The notes: generated by a model from the letters alone, not told the origin. A stretch of 62,053 nucleotides of DNA, filler included, from Catajapyx aquilonaris (GCA_000934665.2; 3 parts of 3 records of this genome joined end to end with filler, not necessarily neighbours in it), one strand, 5' to 3'. Shown: positions 12,940-26,930, counted from the whole stretch's first letter. A program made the numbers and translations.

Positions 12940-13176
12940 GAAGACCTCGGGAGAAAAACGATCAAGGTCCATCTCATGTGAAACTGAGATATTGCCATTT
13001 TCGAAGGCTCATAAGGTTCTATTGTAAATCCAATTTTCGGAGCCTTCCATAGTGACCCATGATCATTACTCCACAATCACGACCAAACCATCATATTCTA
13101 CACTAATCAAAGTATCTTCTCAGACATGTAACTCATTTTTGACAAAAACCTTGATCGTTCTTCCCCCGAGGTCTTC
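12940..13176. mobile_element. MITE with 4-bp ATTT TSD (Sola-type)
   Basis: TIR GAAGACCTCGGGAGAAAAACGATCAAGG / CCTTGATCGTTCTTCCCCCGAGGTCTTC, with ATTT on both sides. Confidence 0.8.
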
Positions 13177-16100
13177 ATTTAATTTGTACGCAGTATCTGA
13201 AGGCGAATAATGATACAAAAACTATGCAAATAATATATGCGGTGTACATATTAAAATATTATAATAAATATCAATTAACCAGGAAACCGGGGAAAAGGTT
13301 TTTTTTGGTGCAATTCTGCGCATAAAGCAATAGCAACCAGCTACACCTCTATTGCGAATCCAGCCTTTCCTGCTGGACAAAAGATGTGCCTTCACCACTA
13401 AGAGCACCTTATAGCTATCACCTATCAGAATAGAGTGTGAAAACATCCACTTCAAAATTGCAGAGGCCATTCCTCGGGAAAATTTATTGTGAAGGAGAGG
13501 ACAGAAAAAGAGCTGTCACACCTTGAAGTGTCCCGGTGTATAAATAATCGGCCGCAAGGTTTGCAGCCTTCGCCTCAACCCTTACGTAATAGTCAACAGG
13601 CATGCGACGCAAAAACTTATTTTAATTAAACACTGGAAAAAACCACTGTTTCTGAAATCGTCATACACGTAAGATATTATACATAACTGAGGTATTGCGC
13701 ACAATCCAGTTGTGGCCACACGTTTCATTACCTGATTTCTCTGGAATTGCCTGCATAATAAGCGGTTGTGTACATAATTACGTACGTATAATCCGGCTGC
13801 AAAATAGGGATTAAATTTCTAGCGCCTATCACACTCTGAAATATACATGGTTAGAACAGTGCTTCTGCACATCATATATCAAAAGGAAAGGACAGATTGG
13901 AAATGATGGCAGGGGCTAGTAATTGCATGGAGTGTCCTGTTCGAGTCTGCAAAGAAGCATTTGCGAGCATACCGCTTCTTTGTGAGTGTCCACATGTCCT
14001 GGCCAAAATGCCTTGGGGAGAAATAACGATGTCCACTTCATTGATTTGTCAACTTCTTTCTTCATGTCATCGGAGGCGGACTAACAGGCTGTGTATAGTA
14101 GTTAGACTGTGAGTAAACAAATTCGCTAAATGTTACATAACAAAATTATGGGCCCTGTAACTTTCTGTTTCGTTTATTTTACTAGAGTCTGGTGTTTACT
14201 ACGACATGCGTTTGGCAGCTGTTGAAAGTTTGCGTATTATAAGGGTATAGCAATAAAAGCTATATTCCGGGTAGTGCTTTTACCGCTCGCGAGGTAGACT
14301 ATATCTCACAGACCTTTATGACATTGTGTTACATTTCGGACCCTTTAGCGCCCAGGACCGTGGGTGAGGATGGGAGGAAAGATATAAGTCCAATAGGCTA
14401 AATCACACGGCGTGGAAAACTGGAAATCACGTCGATAATGGGCTGCTTCAAGGCTCATGCAAACTTGCCAAAAATATCTAAAGCAATAAAGTAATTCACT
14501 TAGACATTGAACGCACAAAAATCAGATGCGAATTTCCAGTTGTTATTTTTAACAATTCAATGATTAATAACTATAAATTATTTTTCACATGTATAGTGAT
14601 TAACTTACCTGTTTGTGTCCGTGTCCAGCATTCTGATTTGTTATCACAAGTTTTTATGAGTGCAGTGTGCACCGGCATGACTTATTCAATTTTCCAGAAA
14701 CATAACCTACAGTAACTTAATATTGTAGATACTGTATAAGAAGGCGATCAAAACATGGAAAGCACACACGGATAATTACAAAATGGAAATGCCAGCGGGC
14801 TTTTTACGCTTGGTTCTGGCAGAGCTGTTAGACAAACGGAAATATGAAACTCAAAATAATAAATTAAATTACAAATTTAAGGGAACATATCGTGCCAGAA
14901 ACATGCTGAAAAAAATTAGACTTTCTCTATGCAGGCCACCACCTCCAGTAAGTCACAATTCGAAAGGTGTATAGCCTACTCAGAGCGCCCCTTTACTACC
15001 AAGCTATAACAACTTGCAATTCCGATGAGTTATCTCCTTTCCTGAGCTGATAATATATCGGTTGCACGAAATGGAGCGGCTCATCTTCAGTCTGGAACCG
15101 GTTTCAATCAGCGATTTTCCGCCCAATTTGACAAGTCACTGAACTATACGATCACCACTGCTCCTAATGTGCCGCTCTCAACCTGCTGCCTTTTAAAAAT
15201 TGCATATACAACTTATGCCTGTATAGTTCATTTAACTTCGCATAAACTCTGTTCTGGGCTTACCATCATGTTTGAAACCGGCCCTTAGTTAGTGAACCGA
15301 CGGAAATTGCGTAAAACACTGCTGTAAACGAAACCCATAGAGTTGGCCCATTCTCGGTTTCGAAACTTGTGCTAAATACGAATCAACAATCAAGTGAAAA
15401 TGGTAATGCCTAGTAAGGCTTCACCTCAACCTCCTTTGTTTAACTTGCGGGAGTTGATGTGTTTAGTGGCGCCGGCGCCTTCTGCACCTCTTTCTGGTGC
15501 TGGGTTGGGTTGGTAGGGGAAGGGTGGGAGGGAGAGGGAAGGATCGGGGAGGGGGTGTTAGCAAAAAGGGGCTGGGCTCTTTGGGAAGGCCTGAGTGCGG
15601 TCCAGACCTGCCAGCTACACGCAGCACGTCGATCCAGAGCTTCTAACACTACGTACAACCCTGTTCGCCAGGTGAGTACATAATTTTTATTATTCAAAAA
15701 AATTATTTAAAAATAAGTGGTAGAATACAGTTTGATTACAATATGAATTGTTGGGTTTTATTTGGATTGTTTGTCAACTTTGTATTGTTTTGCGGAGGTT
15801 GGTGATCTCTGAAGGTGAATGTTCCAAGAAGGGACAGGCGGTTATTTTGAAAACGAACTAATATATTTATGACTGCGCTTCGTTGTTATTCTCCGTGTAT
15901 GTCCATGGCTTTTTAGCAAACTTTCCGGAATGATTTTCGTCAGGGGATTTTTTTAAAGCGCGTTTAAAAATATGCACGGTGAAACATATAACTGTGAAGT
16001 TCAATGATACGTTTAATCTTATTTCCATTTCAAGATAGCTACATTCCCTCTTTTCTTCTACTGTTTCCTAGGAGTAGTTTCGGGTTATGTTCGGGAGAAG

Positions 16101-18649
16101 ATTAAAGTGGTCGGATGTCTTAAGGGGTATTCAGGCTGTAGTGCAACCCCCGCATTTTGCATTCACTTTGACGTGATGTGCAAACACTCATTATTGATGG
16201 CCTATTATTGTACATTTATGGTTTTAAAGTTTCCTCCTGCTCGCTTTTCCATGGCTAAAAGGAGTATGTAAATTTTTTAGTACCCGGGTCGTTTGGAAAT
16301 GTGTAGTCTGTTGCACTAATACAGGGGTAGTAATTTTTTCAAGAGCTTACAGTATGCACAGGGTTTTTAGGAGCTTCTTTCGAGGCTGATATCTTGATCC
16401 TTTGATAGTAACGTGACCACTATACGATGCGTATGCTCGTGATTAGATCATAAATGCAACTCCGATTTGAGCATATTGGCGCGCTGTTTTTAGGCCATAA
16501 TGAGGAAAGAAGCGTCGGCTATATTGGATCTAACTGAGCAGTTATTAATTTGCATAAGTGCAGTTGAGTGTGTTAATTGGTTAGGATCATGACCTAATTA
16601 GGTTAGTAAAATGATGATCAGATTTATCCACAGTATAGCCAGATTTTAAGTAATAAACTGGCAATTGGCAGGTTCAGTGTGACCCTATAGCATTTTGATG
16701 TTCCAACCAGCACCCAGTACAGTTTCCAGGTACACATAATTTCCTTCTGTTGCCATTTCCAATAGGTTTATAATAGCCACATGGCTATTCCGCGAAAACG
16801 CTATCAATTACCCGCCATTTGCCGGAAGAAACGAATAATTGTCAATAATACCACCAGTAAGCACATTAGCAACATAATCAGGTCCCCATAACATCAGCGA
16901 GGTTACCCAGGTCGAAGCTCACCCCTATAAATATAACCAATACAGTCACTGATGCAGTTCGTAATTCATAAACGATGGTGCTTATCATTCGAAACATTCG
17001 AGAGGGACCGGCTATAACGAGGTTTCGCCTGGTCGCTGCATGGTTCATAGGGGGTTGAATTTGACAACCCCATGCAAAATAGGGGATATAATTATCCACC
17101 ACGCTATGGCTTCGTTTTTTTATGGCACAGACGACAAATGGATGTTTGAGAATATTCCGGACCACCCCGACTGTAAACAAGCATTTTCTTTTCCATTCAA
17201 CCGAAAGGTGCGATTGATCCGCGTTGAAAACAAGGGAAAGACGCCCGAGGGGTAGGGAGGGGGGGGGGTGGCGGCTAGAAGAAGGTTGGAATATGGTTGC
17301 CCCTGACGACAAATGAAGTCTACAAGGTGGCACCCCCCACCAAACACATCACCCTACTCGACTACCGCCCTAGTTAAGAAGGAATGTCTGAAGGCAAAAG
17401 CGGTGCGGCAATCCGGGATTTAATTAGAGTTCCGTCGGTGACCATTTGCAATATTTCACTCTTGCCGGGGAAAACGAGCGTCTGATGGGGAGGAAATAAC
17501 TGTCGTCGTGTCATAAAGATCGAACGTGAGATAAACGGGCGGGGTATCGTTCTAAGTCGACCCACAAATGCCCGTATATCTGTCACTCCTTCTGGGAAGT
17601 GGGGGATGTAGAGATTATGTATTACAGTAGCCATGGATATGACGTGAATGACTGGTATTTTAATGTATGGCACAAGCTGCGTGTGTGTTGTAGATTTTAA
17701 TCTTTTGCGCGCTCAAAAAAATGAACTCGTCGCAAATTGGCATGGTACACATGTTGGCGGGAGTAATTTTTACAACGGGGGGTAAAAAGAGTAAAAGGAC
17801 GATGCACTGTGCAAAGCCATGCAATATGCATGCCGCGAATTATTTTGTTGGTGGCTAGTTGTAAAAGAGGATAGGCCGTATACACCCAACTGATATGTGG
17901 AGAATTTCTCAGTTCTCTCGGAGGATACATTACAAGCTCAAGTTATTTCTATTAAAATGTCAGCTATAGGGTAGTAAACTGCTGTGTAAATCACTTTAGT
18001 AATGAGTATTACTGTACATCTAATCCTTACCCGAATGTCGTTAATACATTTTAAAAGCATTAATTACCAAATCCTGCTATGTCAAAGCGTATCATCTATG
18101 CGTCTATAGTAATGCGAAAACTGAATTTGAAACAAATGCATATAACACTACTGTCCAAACTGCTAATTATATCCGTTTCACTCATTATGAACAGTGCAAG
18201 TAGGAAATGCGTCAAGTATCCCTCGAGTATTAAGTGCTATCAAGCCCATTTCATTCATTTAAGTTATAACATGAAATACCAGTTCAAAATGTGATGAAAA
18301 TCCTGTGAATCAATATCTAACTACGTTAATAACACCCCATTATGAATTGGAGTATATGCATAAAACACCACTCTGTTTCAGAATGTAACTAAGAGTGCAT
18401 CTTCACATGAATCATAAATGGGTTGCGCAACATTGTGACTATGTACTACAGTATTTTTAAAACCGGCTTTGTGTATAGCCTCAGTAAATTTTTGTGCCCA
18501 TTGAGCCATTGTAGTATTCGCTATACCGCTCGTAAAATATGCACCCAATAATTTATACCAACAATCTCTCTCTCCTCCCTCCTATTTTCCTCATTCACCA
18601 ATTTGAAAGAAAAAAAAAGCTCAAGATATATTCCAGATGTAAACATGCC

Positions 18650-19600
18650 ATTGCCATAGTAAAATAGTCTATGGCTCCTATTTTATGACCTGCGGCTGGA
18701 ATTCCTGGGCACGCACTAAAATCTCACAGGTAATGACCGCCGGGTAAGCTGAACGATTGTCAGACCCTCTTATCTCACGTGATATCTTTACGAACCATTT
18801 ACTTGCACCGCACAGTTTTATGCACCTTATTTTCTAATGAAAGCAGCGAGTGACTTCAAACCTCTTTTGATACGGGTCCTCCAATAAGCAGGGCCCTTTG
18901 GTAGGGAGCAATTTGCGCTTTCACTGCTGGAAATATGGGAATCAACACCCTCCCCCCCCCCTCCTCCCCCCGTATTTGTGACAGAGTGGACCTGTATGCC
19001 AGCTCGTTTGCATGAGACAGAGTAAATAGAAGTGCAGCAGTGCATTGCTCCAAAATGGCGACCAGGAAATTACGGTACCAACTTATGAACTTCGTTTGTT
19101 TCTTACCGAATGTATGGTGGTAGTCGGAGTTGAAAATGTGTTAGAGTAAAAAGAGTGATCGGATTTATAGATGGAAAATGCATTTCGTAGTCTGCAACGG
19201 AAGAATGGTTATAAAAAGTATCAGGCGGTATGGAACCCCGAATTCTGGCGCCATGTTCAGGTACAGTATTATCCGTGCTATCATGGTGCGCCCAAATTGC
19301 GTTCGACAAAGAAGAGGTAAAGTGAATGCAGTGTACAGTTGTCACTATGGAGTGTCTTCAGGGGTGGAATATGACAGGAAATGTGCTGATACACCACGAG
19401 CGATTCATGTATCGGTAGTTTACACGGGATGTTAATTTTTAAAGAGTTCGGGGGTTACAGTTGGTGTAAAATGGCACGGCGTAATTGCAATAAATATTTA
19501 ATCTAAAGCCGGGTTATGCAGCGTCGAGTATCATAGGCATTGCACTCCGAACTAAAATCAATGCACGTGAACAAATGATGTGTTGAGGTATTTGGATGCT
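18650..19600 (-). pseudogene. Possible highly decayed family-B DNA polymerase fragment
   Basis: HGARIRGSIPPDTFYNHSSVADYEMHFPSI resembles the PolB region-II/motif-A pattern GAxV..P..GFY...V.DFxSLYPSI. Weaker PolB-like blocks lie in order on both sides across frameshifts. Confidence 0.4.
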
Positions 19601-20472
19601 CCGTAATTCATGAAACATTAGTTAGATGAAACAGGCATGCAATTTGATGGTAGAATTGCGAAAGAGGAAACTAATGGACCTGATATTATTATTTTTTGGT
19701 TCTGATCGATACTAAGCGTAATGAGAAGAAAAATAAAATAAAATGCTAAACTCGTCAGGCATAATTGTTCCAATACTTGAAGACTGCATCAATATAAACT
19801 ACAAGAATCTGTGTTTCTAACGCATTAGACTCGAGCGCAACTGCGCTTAGTCCGGCATTGCACTGTAAGCCATTCTCTTGAGAGCTAGCCAACTTATTCC
19901 AAAATGCAGTGTAGCAGTTGCTTTAATCCCCACGAAAATGGAAAACTTTTTCCCAGACTGCATTATCTGAGGAGCAAAACTTTCTAACGGATTTTAATAT
20001 TCTCATCACACGGGAACCCAAGCAGGCTACTTGGACCCAACCTTGGAAATTGCATTTGGTGGACTAAACCCTCATTCCAAGTAACTACGGTGGTGGGTCA
20101 TTGCCAAAGACTTTATGTTAGTGACATTTTGTCCTGTGTAGATTACTTGGTAATACCAGGGTCGTATGGTGGGGCCCAATCAAGTGCTGAAACCCATTGG
20201 ATACTTTCACACACACTACAGATTGGTAGTGAGGAGCCAAATGAGTATAGCTTATGATTGCTGCAGTGAGGATCCCAATCTTCTGACTATTCTTGCATGA
20301 AGCCCCCGGACACTCCTGCACCAGCATTATGGAGACCCCCGTGAGTTTACTTGCTCTCCTCCACCGAGATGGNNNNNNNNNNNNNNNNNNNNNNNNNNNN
20401 NNNNNNNNNNNNNNNNTTAATTAATTAANNNNNNNNNNNNNNNNNNNNNNNNNNNNNNNNNNNNNNNNNNNN

Positions 20473-23400
20473 TTGAAACTGAACGCCTCTCATTCATCCG
20501 AAACAATCAGAAAAAGCTTAGGGTCGAAAATTACATACATTTGTTGGACGCTATGAACACTGATGGTAATGGGCAAAACGTTGGGCAACTGGTCATCCTT
20601 CCGTCATCATTCACCGGGGGTCCCAGATACATGCGCGAAAGGACCCAAGACGCCATGACGTATGTCAGGAAGTATGGTCGCCCTGAGCTTTTCAATACTT
20701 TTACGTGCAATCCGAACTGGAGTGACATTACGGATGTGCTAATGCCTAATCAGAAATCTTACGATAGGTATGACATAGTTTGCAGGGTCTTCAGGTTGAA
20801 GGTCATAAGCCTGATGAACTTACTTACTAAGGGGAAGGTGTTCGGAGCCAGCACCTGTCACATGTACTCTATCGAATGGCAAAAGAGAGGTCTTCCGCAT
20901 GTGCACATTTTGCTGTGGCTGAAAACTCCCATTTCTCCGAACCAGATCGATACTTTTATCTCTGCCGAACTTCCTGACCCAGTCACAGATCCTCTTCTCC
21001 ATCAGATCATTTAAAAAAACATGATTCATGGTCCCTGTGGTAAACTTAACCCGAACTCTCCCTGCATGAAGAAAGGGAAATGCACAAAGAAGTTCCCCCG
21101 TCACTTTGTTGATGAGGCTTGCACCGGACAGAATGGCTACCCCACATATAGGCGTCGTTCTCCAGAGAAGGGAGGGTTGTCAGTTGAACTCAAGTCCAGG
21201 GCAGGACTTATCAACGTTGATAACAGTTGGGTAGTGCCCTACTGTCCGCTCCTGTCCAAAACTTTCAATGCACACATCAACGTGGAATTTTGCAATTCTG
21301 TAAAATCCATCAAGTATGTGTGCAAGTACATCAACAAGGGAAGCGACCAGGCGACCTTCGCCGTCACTAAAGACAGTGAGGTCCACGAAACCGTCGCCAT
21401 GGGGAAACACGATGAGGTGCAAATTTATCAAACAGGGAGATACATCAGCACATCTGAGACTGTGTGGAGAATCCTCTCTTTCCCCATTCATGACAGGTAT
21501 CCCGCGGTGGTCCACCTCTCTGTCCACTTGGAGAATGGGCAACGGGTGTATTTCACGGAGGAGAACGTGGCAGAAAAACTTCAGGAACCTCCAAAGACAA
21601 CTCTTTTAGCATTTTTTGAATTGTGCCAGCACGACGACTTTGCCAAAACCCTCTTCTACCATGAAGTTCCTTCCTACTACACGTGGGATGGAAAGAGGTT
21701 CTCCCGCCGCAAGCAAGGCACACCCGTGCCCAATTTCCCGGACGTGCGGAAGAGCTCCGCTCTTGGCCGAGTGTACACTGTCCATCCGAACAACTCCGAG
21801 TGCTTCTTTCTTCGCATGCTGTTGCACAACATTCGTGGCCCGACATCTTTCGACACTCTCAGGCATGTCCGTGGACAGTCATTTGCCACTTATCAGTTGG
21901 CGTGCAAAGCTCTTGGCTTGCTGGAGGACGACAGCCACTGGGACGACACCCTGAAGGACGCGGCCGTGTCACACTCCCCTGCCGCGATGAGAGATTTGTT
22001 TGTGGTCATGTTAGCCTTCTGCCAGGTAGCTGACCCCTAGGTCCTGTGGGAGCACCACAAGGACAGTTTCACAGAAGACTTTCTCCATCGCGTGCAGTGC
22101 CAGTTTCCAGACCTGTCCATTCTGTACGGTCCAGAGATCTACAACGAAGGCCTCATAACCTTGCAAAACAAATTGCACGCCATAACTGGTAAATCTCTTC
22201 AGGACTATGGCCTGCTTCCCCAGGGGTATAATCAGGCACCCCTTGACAAATTCCTTGATACCACACATGACATCCCCTTCCTGCTTAAATATGTTGACGA
22301 AAATGAGTGTAGGCTGATCAAGGATCAGCTTACAGCATACAACACAATCATTTCAAGTGTGGAAGGCAACTTGGGAAAGATCTTCTTCTTGGATGCCCCA
22401 GGGGGGACGGGAAAGACTTTCTTAATCAATCTCCTCCTGGCAAAAATTCGATCAGGGAATGGCATTGCGATGGCCGTAGCTTCCTCTGGAATCGCCGCCA
22501 CTCTGCTGCAAGGTGGTCGCACTGCCCACTCCGCCTTCAAATTGCCTTTTAATCTGGGGTATGCCGAGAGCCCCGTCTGCAACATAGCGAAGGGAACACC
22601 CCAGGCCAAAGTTTTGCAGGACTGCAGCATTATTATCTGGGATGAGTGTACCATGACTCACAAGGGAGGAGTGGAAGCTCTCAACAGGACGCTGCAGGAC
22701 GTGCGAGATTCTGACCGGGTCATGGGAGGTGTCACTGTCGTCCTCTCCGGTGATTTCCGACAAACTCTACCTGTTATTCAGAGAGGCACCAGGGCTGATG
22801 AGGTGAAGGCCTCCATCAAATACTCCTCCATATGGGGTCAAGTTCAAACACTTCCTCTTACCGTGAACATGCGGGTGCACTTGAATGGGGACTCATCAGC
22901 CGCTGATTTCGCAAGTTTGCTCCTGAAGATCGGAAACGGCAGAGTGCCTGAAGACAATGGCGAAATTACAGTTACTGACGCCATGGGGCACGTTGTCCAC
23001 ACCTTTGATGAACTAATTTCCAACATCTATCCTGATTTACCCTCTCTCAGTATTCACTCACAAAAATGGCTCTGCGAACGAGCCATTTTGACTTCAAGGA
23101 ACGACACTGCTGACTACATCAACCACTTTCTCCTACGCAAGTGTCCGGGTGAGGATATCCTCCACGTGTCAGTTGACAGTGTCGTCAATCCAGATGACGC
23201 TGTCAACTACCCGGTGGAATTCCTCAACTCTCTGAATCCACCTGGTCTACCTCCCCACAAACTCTGTCTACGGCTGGGGTCACCAATCATGCTCCTACGA
23301 AATCTCGATCCCCCAAAACTGTGCAATGGCACGCGGCTGCAGGTGACTGGATTGACACGATTTGTTGTACAAGCTGTGGTACTCACAGGTTGTGCCAAAG

Positions 23401-24447
23401 GGGAGCGCGTGATGATCCCGCGCATACCGCTCATCCCGAGTGACTACCCCTTCCAATTCAGACGCCTGCAGTTCCCTGTCAAACTCTGCTTTGCCATTAC
23501 AATCAACAAGGCACAAGGGCAATCCCTCGGAGTGGCGGGGATTGATTTGAGGGAGCCATGTTTCTCACATGGCCAGTTTTACGTAGCGTGCTCCAGAGTC
23601 AGCTCTAGAAACAACCTCTACATTCTCACACCTACCACGAGTAAGACCAGAAACATTGTGTACAAAGAGGCGCTCAGGTAATTGAGTCCTTTTTACGTTC
23701 ACTTCCCTATTCAAAATGTTTACGTGGCCTGTGTGTGTTCCCTCGCTGACAGTGGTCGTGCTTTAGAAGGAAGATGTGATGTCTTTTTGGATTCTCTGGT
23801 CTGGTATTTGCTTGAATTTTTTTTGTACATGTGTACAGATGTACCTGTACAGAAATTGTTGCAAAGGTATGGTGTCCTTTGCATCTCAAATTTTTGAAGT
23901 TGTCCTTTATTTTGCACACTGACTTTGTGATTTATTCTCCCTGCAGTTTCAGCTGTAGATAATCTTGGTGGTTATCGTTCGCTGTCATATGCTCAAAAAG
24001 GCCTGTAAATTGTTTAAAATTTTGCACTTCCCCCAATTTTTTTTATCCCAATTTTTTTTATATCCCCCTCCCACCAATGTATCTCCACCTTGCCGTGGTG
24101 GTGGGCTTGCGTTTCTCCAATGACCCCAAGAGCTATGCCGGCGGTAGCTTCGTCTACTGGCAGGGTCACCCATGCCGGACAGGTCTTTGGGATAGGAGAC
24201 AGACTAAGAGAGATACCACTCTTTCCTCTCTTCTTTTTTTCCTCTTCGTTTCTCTCTCCAGCATCTGTCCCACCTTTTTGTATTCTGATAACCATATATC
24301 CATAGTTCCTTGGATATTTTTTACACATTTCCAGTGCCTACATATGTAAGAGATTGAGCAGTTTTGCTTTTAATATTGCCTGAGAAGTTTTTGGTACTTC
24401 TCCACGCTCTTTTTTTCCCCCGTGCGAAGAACGGGTACCGCTGCTAG
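20473..24447 (+). mobile_element. Helitron (autonomous type; 5' part lost in the gap)
   Basis: Carries a RepHel coding region. The 3' end has hairpin CCCGTGCGAAGAACGGG (24419-24435) and terminal CTAG (24444-24447) followed by T. Confidence 0.92.
20475..23681 (+). pseudogene. Helitron RepHel (HUH Rep plus PIF1-type SF1 helicase) with two in-frame stops
   Basis: ORFs 20541-21014, 21021-22040 and 22092-23681 share one frame, separated by TAA (21012) and TAG (22038). Rep motifs: FTCNPNW, IEWQKRGLPHVH, YVCKYINKG. Helicase motifs: APGGTGKT, DECTM, GDFRQTLP, TINKAQGQS, HGQFYVACSRV. Confidence 0.95.
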
Positions 24448-25375
24448 TATCATATATGTTGCATTTGGATGGGAATGTTTGACATTACAAGTATGAAAGT
24501 ATTTCAAAAATGGGAGAGTCGTGTTATGGGGTCCAGAAAAAGGAGGACAGAAGGCAAGTCTTTATAACATCATCAATATGTTTAATCAACATATGCATTA
24601 CATTACTATCTTAACAATAACACAACAGGGTGTCTTCATTTTATCTACCTCATCCACATGGTGTTGAATGCATGTCTTGGCCACATACTACACCTGGTCA
24701 GGTTTTCGTATTTGCAACGTTGCCTTGAAATACTGTCTTAATTTCTGGCACAAAGCAATGTCCTACCCAGAGAATGTCAAAACGGTCTTTGGGTGTGTTT
24801 CATAAAACTGGCTTTCATCTGGTAACCTTCGAAGCATTTTATGCCAAATGCAATATCACATTTCCTGCACGTTTCAGCTGCACTTTTGACGTCCTCATCG
24901 CAGGTTAAGACATCTTGGCAATACTTCTTCGAGGCTGGAAACAGGTGATAGTCACTAAAGCACGTCTGGCTCCCTTGAAGATTTTTCAGCATTTATTTTT
25001 GAGAATTTCCTGAATAGGCTACTCCGAGAGACATCGTCTCTTGTTCATTCAATTGTAGGTCTTATGAATAATCGTTTACAATGGATGCCCTTTCCCTCTA
25101 CAGTATATCATCAACTCCGTTAATCATCCCTCTAATTTCTTTTGTGTGCATCGTGCATCTGAAATCCATGGGGGGATTATTGGGGGATGGTAAGGAGTGA
25201 TAGATACGGTTACGTGTACTTCTTATCACTGGTAGAGGGATAAGCCTGTGAAATAAATGTCTATAATGTTAGTATTGCCTTATTTAGAGCAAGAAAGAGT
25301 CCAATATCAGGCTGGTATACAATATTCCACTCGTCATAAGATAAATTAGGTAGACGCCTAGAAATCATATTATAT

Positions 25376-25613
25376 GGACGGTGTTATGCAATAATGCGTC
25401 AACCCACATGAGAACAGTTTTAAGAAAAGGGGCTTTGAAGGTCATACATGTGAAATTAATTCAGTGTTCTTTTCGGTCATTTATGACAGAAGTATGCAGA
25501 TTTCACCAGCGTGATTTTAACTGAATTAAGTAGGATCCTTGAGGTATTTGTTCCTGGGCTTAACTCAATTTTGGCAGTTTTGTGGGTAGACCCAATATTG
25601 CATGACACCGTCC
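25376..25613. mobile_element. MITE (Sola-type), copy 2
   Basis: GGACGGTGTTATGCAATAA...ATTGCATGACACCGTCC with ATAT on both sides; homologous to 1072-1286. Confidence 0.8.
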
Positions 25614-26930
25614 ATATGTAAATAGTAATAATCAGTCAAGGAAGAATTGCAACTCCGGCTAGTAATCTGGTATTACAAGTTATTTCGTCATGTTTGTTGG
25701 CTTATTTCCTAAGTGACGGTACTCAGCGTGCACATCTGATCATGTTAGATATATAATTAAAATACCAACTATTGTACTTTATATGCCAACTACAAGAATG
25801 CATAGTGTGTGGCAGGAGTCGACATACCAAACAAGATATGCTACATGTGTAAGTTTCTTATGACTCATGCCTATAATTAGTGTGGTATATTTCTTCCTTA
25901 CATTGCAATCTTCTGTTATCCATTTTACGCTCAAGAAGCATTTTATTTCATTGTTTCTTGCATCATTGCAACAAAATACAATGATATGGATATATTTGTA
26001 CACATGTAGATTCACATAAAGAAGAAAGAAAGAAAGGAACAGAGCATAATATTTTCTCTGTACCACATTGAAAAATTATCTTGAACATTATTTTATAATA
26101 AAATGAAATTATCAATCAGAGGAAATTGCTCTCGCTCTGTTCTGTCAGTGACGGTTCTCATTTGATGATAGGCGTCAATTATGATCACTCCAGGATTATC
26201 CAGGATGCGAGTCTCAATACTAGTTAGGTAGCCCTTAATGCAGGTCCGTCATTTGCGGGCTTTAGTTAGGGATAGACCTTGCTACATGTCGTCCCAGTCT
26301 TGGATAGCATCCCAGTGGTAGTTCATATCCATCTGTTCCTTTCTACGAGTAATACTGTATAGATGCTGTCGTGAAACTAGTTCGTCCTCCGGTGACCTAT
26401 TTTGTCCTCACCTTTATTTTTACAGTTCTTTCGCATTGTCAAGAAGTGCGTATTTGGCATTGCTTGTGAGCGAGTACAAATTGCTGAGGAGCATTGAACA
26501 GGTTTTTGGCAATCTCAATATTTTTAATAGGCTACACTAGCCCCTGTTGAAGTCAAAAATTTCTATTTTTGTAGTGTTGTGTTTTGAAGCAAGGTGGTAC
26601 AATGCAACTACTGTCATGTTTACAGTTTCGAGTTTGACGGTCATTTGCTTATCTAAGCGTCAGAGAGGTTAAAAATTGATCTGGACAATACTAGAGAAGG
26701 CAAGAGAGAAGGTTTTCAGGCTACTCTTGCTTGAGTGATTTGTCATTAAAAATTGACCAACAAGGTGGCTTTCTGTGCCCTAGAAAACCACGTATGTCAG
26801 GTTACCATATTTGTCTGAAAAATAAGCATATACCCTACATATCATATTAATTATTGTTGATGGCTGGACGTAATTTGGCCCGCATTTCTCACCTGCAGTC
26901 CCTGAGAGGTGTAGAGCCTATGAATTTTCT

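Noticed and set aside
13897..14112. PVRVCKEAFASI peptide similar to a transposase N-terminus
   Set aside because: Too short and has no colinear support.
15430..15680. GC-rich segment that could be a LINE 5' end
   Set aside because: No linked ORF, tail or TSD was found.
20373..20472. TTAATTAATTAA palindrome inside an N run, repeated at 41587-41686
   Set aside because: Both are the same 100-bp N44-linker-N44 construct, an artificial contig spacer. Adjacency across these gaps is uncertain.
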